Shown here: piece after piece, positions 45,649 to 57,702 of the stretch
Numbering within the stretch: position 1 is the first letter of the stretch
Layout: the number at the start of each line of letters is the position of its first letter
DNA from: Pseudogymnoascus verrucosus
Lineage: Eukaryota
Length of the DNA: 64,000 nucleotides
Assembly: GCA_001662655.1 (NCBI GenBank)
Contig: KV460268.1
Direction: 5' to 3' (one strand)
The notes under the pieces: generated by a model
Databases searched by the model: none
Seen by the model: only the letters and a program-made list of their open reading frames with translations
What the model was told of the DNA's origin: nothing
Translations under genes and position numbers: made by a program

Positions 45649-48411
45649 TTACTTCTGCGCCTTCATCCCCTGCTCAGCGAGGAACTCCTCATCGCTAGCA
45701 TCGAGGATATCGTACTCCTCATCCGTCAAGAACCCATCCTCCGTGAGATCATCCTCGTGCGTCTCGGATGTGAAATCCACAAAGTCATCTTCAGCGGCCG
45801 CCGGGGCGAATGCAGGGGATGGGGCGCGCTGCTCATACACGCTAGAGACAGGGGATTCCTTCTCCAGAGTAGGGAAGATCATCTGGCTCTTCTCGAGAAC
45901 CTCCTCCTCCTTGGCGAGGACCTCCTCCTTAACAACAGCCGGTGCACCCTCAACAAGGACATCACACCAGAGTCTGTGACCGAACTTATACCCATCCGGC
46001 CCAGTGAGGCGCCAGTACGAGATAACCTTCCCAGTCTTATTAGGCGTCCTCATCAGCACGGTGAATCCGTGCTCCTGCCCCGGCGCAACCTCAGTGTAGC
46101 ACGTGGTGCTCTCGGCGGCGCTGACGAGCTCGTGTACGCTGGCCGGGTGCTCCGGGTCGACGGCGCACATGTTGTCGCCGCCGACGAACTTGACGGTGCA
46201 GCCGGCGGGCCAGGCGGCGGTGCCGGTGTTGCGGAGGATCCAGGTCTGCTCGAAGACGACGCTGGGGGCGAGGATGGTTCCGTCTGGGACGGCGTCGCGG
46301 ACGAAGGTGGCGACGAGCTCGTCCTCGGATTTCACGGGCGCCTTCTCGGACTTGACTTCCTTGGGGGCCTCCTTGGTCTTAGACTCGGCCTTCTCGGTCT
46401 TGACCTCTGGAGTTGGCTTGACCTCAGCAACGGTCTGGACCTGAGTAGCAGCGTTCGCGGACGAACAGGTGTTGGTCTCAGTAGACTTGGAGATTGGGCG
46501 GCGGCAGCGGTCGCCCATCACCGGCATGGGCTTGCCATTATCATGATCACCCATGGTGGTAACGCTAACATTGCGGATCGGAGTCTTGAACTTGATGAGA
46601 GGGTGGGTCCTGTTGTGGACATTGTTCGGGCTAGCCTCGCAGCTGGCACAGAAATCAGTGTCGTCACAGACAGCGCACTTATAGCGGTCGCCGCGGATGT
46701 TCAGCGACTTCGAGGCACACAGCGGTCCATCACAATAAATACCGTAGTGGAGAGCGGTATTCGCAAGCGAGCGTGTGTGGAGGGCAATCGACTCGTAGAT
46801 GGGGACGAAGCGGTGGCGTGGGTGGATGAACTCCGCGTTGGGAACACAGGTCTGGCAGAAGTCCCAGTCTGGGCAGTCGAGGCACTTGTGGCGGACACCA
46901 TAGATGTACTTGTCACAGCCATCACAGATGGCTTGGTGAGAAACATTGCGTCCTGGGTTGAGAAGTGCCTTGGTGAGGGACTCCAACTTGGCGTCGGCTG
47001 CTGCTGGAGCAAACGTATGCTTTGGGTTGTGGCCATGCTGAACCTTATCGTGGCATGGAATGCAGAGATCAAAGTCCTCACAGTCCACGCAAGTGATGAA
47101 ACGGCTCTCTGGGTATTCTGTCATATATGTTAGCAGGTTTCAAGATAAGATAATCATGGAGCATACCTTGAATGCAAGAGTTGCAAGTCCTAACCGATCC
47201 CACAATAACCTGCTTAGGCTCCTCAACCTCAACAAGAGTAGCCTTCGACACATTTGACGGCGACGCCTTCTGCGGGTGCGTCTTCGTAACGCTATTGATA
47301 ACCCTTCCATTCTTAACGAAGCGCTTAATCATCCAGTGATTCTCCCCTGCGCAAGAAACGCCCTTATCCATGCAACCCTGGCACAGATCGTAGTCACCGT
47401 TGTCACAGACATCACAGTGATAGTGCATATCGGGAATGGGCACGTTGCAGCTGTTGCAGAACACAGAGTAGTTGTTCATGTGTGCCTGCAGAGATGCACC
47501 GGGGCAGTGGCGGTTAGCACGGAGGGCAGCACGGCGCTCCTCGGTGAGGTTGGCGAGCTCGGCGTACCATCTGTCGCGGGCAGCGGCTCCTCTTGTGACA
47601 GGGATGGCTTGGCTGGTTGGGCTTGATGCAACCGGGACTGACGTGACGGACACGGGCGTGGGTGGCGTCGTCACTGGGGCAGGTGCACTTGGAGTCAGTG
47701 CTGCTGCTGCCGCGATCTCATTCGCTGCTGCTACCTCATTCTTGAAGTTGAACGTGAGATCCTTGAGATACTCGCCGTACGATGGGAATTCTTGTGCAGC
47801 GGCCTTGTCGCTCTCAGAGCTGAATGGAGACATATACTCTGACTCTGGCGCTAATGGGGTATCAACCGAGATCAGCTGTGGCTCGGCGACGGGCGCGGCC
47901 ACGGGCGATGCAACCTCGTCCTCAACTGTAGCCTGCTTTGGCTTAACAGGCTCCTTATCCTCCTGGTCGATAATGGTGACCTTAAGACGAAGCTTAAGCT
48001 TAGCCTTGGCCGCACGGTAGAGCTGCTTGTAGACCGAAGCGTTGTTAGGGTCGAGGGTGACAAAGTCAGCAGCACTGTCGGAGTAGCGTTCGAAGATAGC
48101 TTCCTGGGATTCTGGAATCTGCAGCAGAGCACGAAGCTGTAATGAATTAGAATTAGTAAAATAAAGTGTAAATGAATTGACGTTGTCGACTGAAATGCAC
48201 CCAGCACGACCATGAAGCCATTTTGCAGCTAAATGGCGTGGTTGGATCCACCCCGAGCCGCGTCGTCGTTATCGGGAGGGCGTTATCGTACCTTGTCTGG
48301 CAGAGTGTTCGCACCCAGGTCACGAAGAGGAAGCTTGAATCTCCTGTTGCTGCCTTCGATGTTGACCTTGAGAGTCACCAATGTATCTGGGTTCGTAGCT
48401 GATGAGGCCAT
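45649..48411 (-). CDS. NBR1: Nbr1-type selective autophagy receptor (PB1-like, 4 ZZ fingers, FW domain, acidic LIR tail)
   Basis: N-terminal TLKVNIEGSNRRFKLPLRDL, four ZZ zinc fingers, FW domain (FVRD..PDG...QTW.LRN.G...WP...SYWRL...LWCDV) and DEEYDIL; introns at about 48138-48291 and 47119-47166. Confidence 0.88.
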
Positions 48412-49129
48412 GATGGGCTATGGTGACAAGCTGCTGTGCGGGGAAACGAGATCAGATCAGCCCAGCCCCAACGTCACTTTGAAGTGCCTGCCTGGATGAG
48501 GTGAGTAACTCACGAGTTGTAATAGTAGTAGAGTTTTGTCGTAAGCACTCTCACAGAATCGTGAATGTATAATCCACGACCTGTGTTGTTTGAGTTACGA
48601 GTTTGGAAGAAGAAGTGTTTTGTTAAGAGGTTGTCGTGTGGTTTGGTGGAGGTATGGGAGAGAGAGGGAGGAAGAGACGGTCTGAGGGAGGAGTTGGATG
48701 ATGGAGGAGGTGAGTAGTAGTAGTTGGTAGTGAGCGGAGGCGGGTCAGGTTGTCTCGCGGGGCGGAGAGAGCGGAGACAAGTAGGTAGAGGTGGTGGAGA
48801 GGAGACAGATAGGACGTAGGCGAAGGGTGATTGGCTGGCTTGATTGGATCAGTCAACTACTAACACTGCTAACTAGGTAGTTGGTGTAGCCTATTGGGAG
48901 GAGTACCTCATGCCAGAGCTAGAGTACATGGTTCTACTATCTAGTTAATTCAGTATAGCAAGTATCATAGCCATAGCCTGCAAGTATAGCTCCAAGGTAG
49001 GTAGTCGGTAGTACGAGTCCCCTCTCTAAGGCGGCGCGGCGGCTTTGTAAAGGGAGATGCAGAGGAGAAGGAAGTGCCACCACCAGGCAGGCGTGACAGC
49101 ATACGAATCCATCCCATCCCATCCTAAAT

Positions 49130-50075
49130 TCACCGTAACCACTCACCGTAACCACTCACCGTAACCACATAAACGAAGCCCGCCGCTGATTAAACCTGCG
49201 CGTGCAACTATAGAGAAGGTCATAGAAGGGGGCAAAAGAGAGGCCGTACATACATACTAGCTAACACCTAATATCTAATACCTATATCCATAATCCATAA
49301 TCCCCTACATACCACCTATACCATCTTATTCAAATACAACCACCTAATCCAACATACTACACATACCACACATACCATACACCGTAAACCCAGCCAAAAG
49401 CCGCCGCCTTGCTCATGTGTCCACCCACCGCTGCGGGGACGGGCATACAGATAGAACCAACGGGAGCTCCGCCTAAAGTGCGGAGTAACTAACTCACTTA
49501 CATACATCCATACGTACGTACAGTACCGCGCAGTACAGTACCGTATGTATCACAGGCGAGGAGGTGAGGAGGTGAGGAGGTGAGTAGAGAGAGCTTACGA
49601 AGCTCCATATACAGCAAGATCAACCCCAGTCCACAGTATCTCCGATCCCCGAAGCCCGTTGACGTCGATTGTTGCTCTATGCATGTATAGCGAGTCGTGT
49701 ATACGTATGAGTAACTCTACTACCCTACTACTTACTCCAGTGCTGCATTGCTGCACGTATACTACTCGGCAAGTCATCCTCCACACACCGGTTACTGGGT
49801 CCATAGACAGCTGTAGGGTGGTATATGGACCCTGCCAGTACACCACCACCCTGTCTGCCTCTAACAGTCAATCAACCAGCATCATCCAGTCCACGCATAC
49901 AAGCCGCGCAAGTCCCGTGCCTACCTCGGTGTGTACAGTACAATATAGTCCAGTCCAGTCCAGTCCAGTCCAGTACAATACAGTGAGTGGCCAAAACGCC
50001 ACCACCACAATACCTACCTACCTGCACACCGATCTACAATTAGCCAATTAATTAATCAATCAATCAATCAAGCAA
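49130..50075. repeat. Simple-repeat-rich intergenic tract
   Basis: (CACCGTAACCAC/T) x3, (GAGGAGGT) x3, (AGTCC) x5, (AATC)n and many GTAC words. Confidence 0.8.
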
Positions 50076-51215
50076 GCACCCCAAGCAAAGCAAGTAAGCC
50101 AAGTAAAAAGTAGTACGCGGACATCATAAGACACCACACGTCTTGGCAAAGCAAAAAATGGGGTTCAATTTGGCAGACAAACGGATATTACGAGTATTAA
50201 CGGGCAGTAACCCGGTGTTCACGGCTAGTTAGCTAGGTATCAAACGGGCGTTCATTCCTTCCATTCCTTCCGCGGATACTATGGATAGGAGTATGGTATG
50301 GGATGGGATGAGAGTGACAATTATCTCCCCCTTTCCACGTCATATCACGCCCCCTACCCACTCTGCTGTTTGCCAAAGCTCCAAAAGTCACGCTACAATG
50401 CCTAAATCAACAGCTGCCATAGTGAAGGGTCGGGTAACCATAATAATGGTGTCATTTCACCTAAACTACTCCTACTCCCTCCTTCTAGCCACACAACACC
50501 GCAAAAAAACACACCATATCCATCCGTTCTGTTCACCCACAACCAACAAAACTAACATCCATCGCTGCAATACGCCATAAAGCCCAGCCCAGTCCCCTCA
50601 CTCATCCAACACACATCTCTCACCCCAATGCCCCCCTTTGTATTCCCACAACAACAACCCCCATATACCCACACACACTCCACCTAAGACAAAAAAAAGT
50701 AAAGACAAAACCACTTGTAGAAACACAAAATCATACAAAACAAGAATCTGCGGAACTTTCTACCAAGTGCCCATCCCATAATCCCATGATCGGCAAAAAG
50801 GGGAAAGTATAAGTGATGCCCTCTCTCTCTTTCGCAACCTCCGACAGATAAAGACGCTTTCAACCCCCCTCTTCGACCCCTTTCAACCCGAAAAAATAAA
50901 AATAAAAAGATGATTTGAAGTGCTACAATAAAATGGATGACTTTAGAGTGATCGTAATCCGTAACAGCAGTAATGTGACCCTCCCAAAACGAAAAAAAGC
51001 AGTAAACAGTCCTTTCTAACATCGATGGGTGGATGGGTGGTAGTGGTGGTGGAGAGATGATGGATGGTGATAGTCGGGCAGGGGGCTCGTAAACAAAAAC
51101 GCAGTTCAGCTAGCAGCAAGCGCTTTAAACAAAACACGAAACCGGTCAGGTCGCTCCAAACAGAGAGACATTGCACATAGAAGCAGCGCCGCCATTACTC
51201 CAAGTGGTAGAGTAA

Positions 51216-53364
51216 TCATTGCGGGTAATACACCACCGCCTGCTGCGGCTGCGGATAATAAAACCCATCCGGGCTCGGCGTCATCATCCCATGCTGCAAC
51301 GACACATTACCCATCTGCTGCACCGGGTACGCCGGCGGCGACGCATAGGCCGGGAACGCCGCCGCGGCCGCTGCCGGGATCTGCGCAGCGTCGTAGTAGT
51401 ACACCATTCCGTTGACTTCCTGCGCCACGAGGTTGGGCTGCTGCGATGCGTCTGTTGGGGCGACTTGTCCGTAGGCTTGCTGCTGGGCTACTGCTGAGGG
51501 GGCGAAGTTGGGTGCTTGGGCGCTCATGCCGGTGTTGTATTGTTGGGGGTAGTAGTAGCCTTGTTGCTGGGGCATTACTTGGTATTGCGGAGGGTAGAAG
51601 CCTTGCTGCTGTTGATACGTGTTTGGTTGGAAGGGCTGGGCGTGGATAGCCCGTTCCGGGATCTGGGACAAGGGTGTCCCGGTGGATCCTTGGTATGAGG
51701 CGTTGCGAGAATGAGGATGTATCTGTGCTTCTTGCCCGTAGGCGTGGCCGTTGGCATGGGTTGGCACTTGGTGTTGGAAGAGTTGTTGGTATTGTTGCGG
51801 GGGGTTGAATTGCATAGCTGCCGGTGACTCGATGTTGTCGACAGAGACAGTCTTTTGAGGTCGAGGATGTTGCATGGGGACAGAGTTGGGTCGGTTTTCG
51901 CGGAAGGTAGGCTTTTGGGGGAGCGGGTAGGGTTGTGATACAGCCGGCAGCATTGCACCTGGCTCTTGGACCGGCTGCATCTCAGTGGCGATTGGTGCTT
52001 GCGCCTGGGCTATAGACGGTGGTAGCCGGACAACCGGTCGAGTCGAGTCGAGTGGTACAGGAGGCCTTGACATCGTCGAGCCCATAGGAGATATGATACC
52101 GTCTCGTGGAATCTCATGAGCCACGACGGATGAGCGACGGCTCATGGCCACGCTTGGAGTATATACACTGCCATATACACTTCCACCATATGCACTGGTT
52201 CGTCTTGAAAAACCTCCCACCGATCCTAATCCTTGGCGACCCCTATTGCTTCTTGACCCGAAGCCTTGCTGGTTTGGTCGCATCGCTCGTGGGATAAAGA
52301 TAAATGACCGCTCGACGGCGGGGAATATATATCTCGGAGGAGTATCCGGCAGCGAAATCCGAACCGGCTTATCGCGACGGAGAGGTGGTCGGTGGTCTGG
52401 AAGACGGGTGTACTGATGTAGAGCAATCGCAGGTAATGATAACGCCTTCTCCATGCCAGGTAATAACACGCGTACTTGCACATTTCCAATAAGCTTTGTC
52501 GTCGACAGCGAGCGGTTCGGTGCCGGGCCGCGCGGGGCTTGCGGTAATGATTGTCTCGAGGCGCTCATATTATTGTATGCTTGGGATGGGTTTCGTTGAG
52601 GCCGGTTGTCTTTTACGACCGCTTCGTGCATGTCGTGGGTCCATGGGGCGTCGGCAGGTTCGTTCATCTGCTGCATATAACTATCAAACATTAGCATGGT
52701 ATAAATATCACCAAGGAAACTTTACAACATACTTGGCTGGTGCAAATGGACCTCCAAAGCCACCCCGGCCGCCTCCTCGTCCACCACGGCCACGTCCAAA
52801 TGGCCTGAACCCATTTGCAGCAGGTCCAGAATGCCTGTGATCATGCATGAAGAACGCGCCACGGTTGGGTACGAAAGCCGGATCTTCATCACGCTTCTTT
52901 TTGTAATCTTCGTGCTCACGCCTCCTTCGCTCCACCGGTGTTTCAAGAGGCTGGTCCATGATCGCTGTCGACTTGACGATTACCGGTTGTGACGGAATGG
53001 ATTTCGGTGCGTTCGAAAGATCATCGTAGCTAGTCGACTCGATATTATCGAAGTCTTTCGACCTCTCAAGCCCATTCAGCATCATCTCCGTATCAATTGA
53101 TCCATTAATTTTCGGTGGCGACGTCTCCGTTGACTTCGAGTTCGGTGCTGCCGGAGTTCTGTCTTTCGAGCTGCCATTTGCTGTAGCCTTCGGTGCCACC
53201 GGGGATGCTGCGTTGCTGCCGTCGCTGGCATTGCCAGCATCTTCGTCGTCGGAGATCGACCCTTCGCTCTGCGAGTCGTCCAGATCGTGACCGGCTTCGT
53301 CGCCCTCCTCGTCCTCAACTCGCCTCCTGCCTATAAGCGGCTTCTTTCGCCTGAGGCCCGGCAT
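51216..53364 (-). CDS. Btz/CASC3 (Barentsz) eIF4AIII-binding domain protein
   Basis: DPAFVPNRGAFFMHDHR...RGG...WTHDMHE across intron about 52681-52732, with a Q/P/Y-rich C-terminus. Confidence 0.82.
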
Positions 53365-54624
53365 CGTTGCAGCCCTGACCCGTTCAATTACCCCGTCGTG
53401 TGCGTGGGGGGCGCGAGTCTCGAGGCCTCAGGGAAGGCGAAGCCTAAGAGGCGAATGGATCATGCGCTGGCCGTAACTAGGCTCCGACCTGCCTAAAGGC
53501 GCTGATTCATACGATGTAGTACAGGTTCGAGGGTCTCTCGGGGAAGACAATAAGGTGGAATGTATAATGGCAACAATTTATTGAGGTTCTGTGGGGGGAG
53601 ATCGTAGAGAATGGGGGTTCAAATGCTCGAAGCTCAACCATTCAGAAAAAGATGCCTTGATCACAACACTCATTCAGCCAAGCATCCCTGTAAGTAGCGC
53701 TAAGAAGCGAATCATGGAGGCGGAAAGAACAGACAAGAAGTCGTACCGCCGGGACGAACAACGCTACTTCCTCCTTCCCTGTCAGTTGCGGCAAGTACCC
53801 GCGACAAATTTTATATGCCATATGAAAGAGACGTGGCAGTCTTCAACGTTAAGGAATTATACAAATATGTAATAATATAATATAAAATATACACGACATA
53901 CCCAGGCTTATAGAGTAACTTAAGCCTTCGAAATAGGCTGTAGGCCTATGTGACACTTTACAATATTGAATTGGAAGCCAATATGTATATACAACAAGGG
54001 AGTGGTGCTGAAGGCAGCGTTTGTTGACGTGACGTACCAAGTTGCAGTTTCGGAGGCAGGATCGCTGGTAGAAACTATAGAGTATGTGAGCGTTTGAGGA
54101 GGAATATTCGGGTAGATGCAAGATACATGTAATATTCGAAGCCACAGATGCTCCGTTCAGCGGAATGGAGCCAATATAAGCAAGACCCTACTACAACGCC
54201 CACTTGGCGACAGTAAACAAAAAAAAATGACCAAAACGACGAGGATCATCAACTACACTCGGTCAAGGACACATTTCTAGCCCCTATGCATCATGTCTCA
54301 CTCAGGAAATCACTGGTATGAACACTCTCTAAACACAAGATTCACATTTCGCTACGTGAGCGCCAGTAAAATACCGAACATCTCATAAACCCGCCTTTCC
54401 ATACTGTACAGTCCCCGTTGTCGGAGTAGAATAGTTACACCTCATTATGCCATCCACTCCTCTATGACATCTCCATATCCATCTCCTATCGGCACACATT
54501 ACTTTTTCAGACCATCATACATACATACCCCTTCCAAAATTCACCCTCTCCACATGGGCACCACCAGCAAGCTTCCGCCACCAAATCCGCACCTCGATAC
54601 TACACCTATCACCATGTACGGCAT

Positions 54625-56642
54625 TCAAGCCATTCCGGAGCCGGAGAAACCTCCGCTCATACCCTGCAGTCTGTTTGCCAGCTGTGGGTACTTCTCCTGC
54701 ACCTCGAGCTGTGTCCTCGTCGCCTCTGCGTAGGAAAGAGCGTTGATGATCTCGCCCTCGGTTCTCGAGAGCTCTGCGGCGCGCTCGAAGTACTTCAGGG
54801 CCTCGTTGACCTTTCCTTGCTGTAGTAAGAGTTGGGCCATGGTCGCGACAGCGATATCGCACTCGGGGTCGACTGCAATGCGTGTTAGTGTTTAATCAAC
54901 GATAGTAGATAAAGGAAGGCTTACTAATGAGTGCCTTCTCGCACAGCTTCTCGGCCTCGGCGAAGTCCTGCTTCCACTGGACGAGCGCAAGGGCCTTGTT
55001 GATCAAGGGAAGGACGTTCATGCCGAGTGGCTTGGAGATCTTCTCCATCTCCACAGCGGTGTCGAACTTGGTGATAGCATCCTGGTATTTCTGTTGGTCC
55101 AAAAGGAGCTCTCCGTAGTAGTTGTAGACATCTGGAACCTGGTCGAAAAATTTCATGGTGCGCTTGAAGGTAGCCATCGACGAGGCAATGGAGCCCATCT
55201 TGTACTGTGTAACACCGAGCTGGATGTGGGAGAAGATGAAGTCGCGGTCCAAATCAATCGACTTCTGGTAGTCCTTGGCAGCATCGCCGAACTCGCCGAG
55301 GATGAAATGGAGCTGGGCGCGATGGTAGAAGATATCCGGGTCACTGTCGTTCTGTGCCATTGCCTTCTCGAAGTCGGCAGCGGCGGCCTCCTTATCGCCG
55401 AGCTCCAGGTGCATGCTGGCACGCTTGATGAAGCTCTGTGTCAGCGATGGGTTGAGCTCAATGCTCTTGGTAAGATCCGCCAATGCCTCGAGGTTCTCGC
55501 CGCGGAGGTACTTGAAGGTTCCGCGCATGTTGTAGGCAAACGCCTCATGCTCGTCGATTTCACCCAATTCCAGGGCGGAGCTGAAGTGCTTGGCAGCCTC
55601 TTCGTATCCATCGCTGGTCTTCTTGTCCATGGCGATGAGACCAAGCTGCAATTGTCCCTTTCCTGTATCCTCGGGGATTTCGACACCGATCTCGAGTCCT
55701 TCTGGCGCAGGCTTGGCGCGGAAACTCTGGATGTAGTTGGTGACAAAGGTTGGGCTAGGCAGTCTCTTGCCCTTTCCGGCCATGATGGCCTTACCCTTAG
55801 CCTCAGCGACCTTCTTCAGCAGCCTCTCAACAGCCTCGGCGCTCGATGCGGTCTTGAAGCTGTCGATGATGCAGCTAGCGGTGAAGTCGAGGAGTGCCTC
55901 GCTGTACTTCTCCAGTTGCTCGTAGGCGTTGGCGCGTCTGTTTAATGCCTTGACGTATTCATTGTCGAGCTTGAGCGCAGCGGTGGTATCTTCGATAACC
56001 TTCTCCCACTCATGCTTTGCGTTGAAGCATGCAGCGCGATTCGAGTAGAAGATTGGGTCGGGCTTGCACAGGATAGCCTGGCTGTAGAGCTCAATCGCGC
56101 GGTCGTAGTCCTTGGCTCCGTATGAGGTGTTACCGGCCGCCTTCAGCTTAGCAGCAAAGGATTTCCTGTCCTCGGCGGAAAGGTTGCCCACGGTAGCCTC
56201 ATCGATTTGAGGGAGCTCATCGGCGGGTTCGACTGATGCGGCCTTTGGTTGAGTCTCTCCTCCGAGCCCCTTCTCGGGATCCTTTGGCTTATCTCCGCTC
56301 TTCTTCTTCTTGCTCTTGCTCTTCTTGCCGCTCGATGACTTGGTCGTGCTGTCTTTGCTAGATGTCGCCCCGGTCTTATTCAGTCAGTACAAATCTTTTG
56401 TTACAGGGGATTCGGGAAAAGGAGCGGGAATTCATGCAACGTACCGAGTCTGTGAGATAATATGCGACACCGGCTCCGGTCACGACAACAGCAACACCAG
56501 CAACTGTATATACGACGGCCTTGTGCTCAGACGCCCAGGTAGATATCCGATCCCATAGCCCAGATTGTGAAGTGGTTGACGAGAATTGAACGGGTGTCCC
56601 TCGGAGCGGGAGGTTCGGTGATGGTAAAGTGTCGCTAGACAT
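54625..56642 (-). CDS. TOM70: Mitochondrial import receptor Tom70
   Basis: N-terminal TM anchor ([21 protein letters not shown]), TPR clamp (LKAAGN...FYSNRAAC...KALNRRA) and [10 protein letters not shown]; 3 exons. Confidence 0.96.
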
Positions 56643-57295
56643 ATTTAAATACAAGATGAATCGAAAGAAAGTAGTACTACACGGACACCAATTGCAATGA
56701 AAGTAGCGGGTGTGGTATTGGGTTGTCGGTTGAGTTTGTTGATGTCTGTGAGGCTGGAGCTCACGTTCCCCCGAAAAAGGTTCGCGGGTATTACTTCATC
56801 AAGCGACTACGCCCATCAAAGGTTTTTCGCACCCAAGCTCAGACTACAACAACACGAGCGCCAATCACGTAGCAGATAAGGGATAATTGAAGTACAACAT
56901 ATACCAAGGAAACAATGCTCCATAACTATAATCCCAAATGGCCTATCTTTGCCCTCTTGGAGGGTTTTCCCTGCAACTAAAACAAATCATGACGACATTA
57001 GCACGTTTAAATCACGTGATATTTATATGATTGCTCCACGCCGTGCTCCACAGAGCTCCACCTTCCGGTTTGTAATGTACAGTGTATGGTATGAGTACCT
57101 GTCCATATAATTCAGTGAGAGGCCATCAAAATATTTATTCCGAGTCAGTTTAGCACCCTATTACCTATGAACTTATATCCATCGTATCCATCTTATGCCT
57201 GTCTCTACACGAAGTCGATCCTCCAACTGAGCAAAGTGATGAATGGTCCTCTTAAAGGCCCGCTAGATATATCTACGTCCCGCATCTTTATATCC

Positions 57296-57532
57296 CGTTT
57301 CGCGTTTTCAGGGACACGGCTGCCGCAACACGGCCCCCTTCCAGTCCTTTGGATCCATTGCCGCGAAGCTCTCCTAGCTCGTGGCGACCCGATGCTTGGG
57401 CAGCGGCTCCTCGCGGTAAGAACAGAGAGCCACCGTCAGGTCGATGGCACAGATCTGGCGCTCCACAATGTCTTCTGGGCTCAGGCCTTGTGGAAGGGAG
57501 CAAAGCACCTCTTTACTTAGTTGCAGCAATTG
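57296..57532 (-). pseudogene. Decayed fragment resembling the C-terminal region of a DUF3435 tyrosine recombinase (Starship captain type)
   Basis: Manual translation: QLLQLSKEVLCSLPQGLSPEDIVERQICAIDLTVALCSYREEP...*...QPCP*KRET. This resembles the remembered LC...LS..DIV.R.I.A(I/V)DL.VAL..R.E...PFP..C motif order of DUF3435 proteins. It has two in-frame stops and no ATG, and is not database-verified. Confidence 0.5.
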
Positions 57533-57702
57533 CTACGCTGAAGCATCTCGAGACACAGACAATACTGCCAAGGATTTGACTTGTCACATACCTAGCTTGA
57601 GTTCAATGCTTCTTGTTAGTTATAGGGAACACCTTTGGGAGAACATAGTAAACGTGGACGCTTGCTGTGTAATGGTCATCGCACTATACTAATGAATAAC
57701 TT

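Noticed and set aside
31901..47133. Long antisense ORFs (31901-32743, 33944-34699, 38638-39546, 42466-43452, 45577-47133; also 55094-55945)
   Set aside because: These are shadows of strongly codon-biased genes on the opposite strand.
38725..56642. Functional cluster of targeting/quality-control genes (GET3, MBF1, NBR1, BTZ, TOM70)
   Set aside because: They are interspersed with unrelated genes and share no motif. Ordinary housekeeping synteny suffices.
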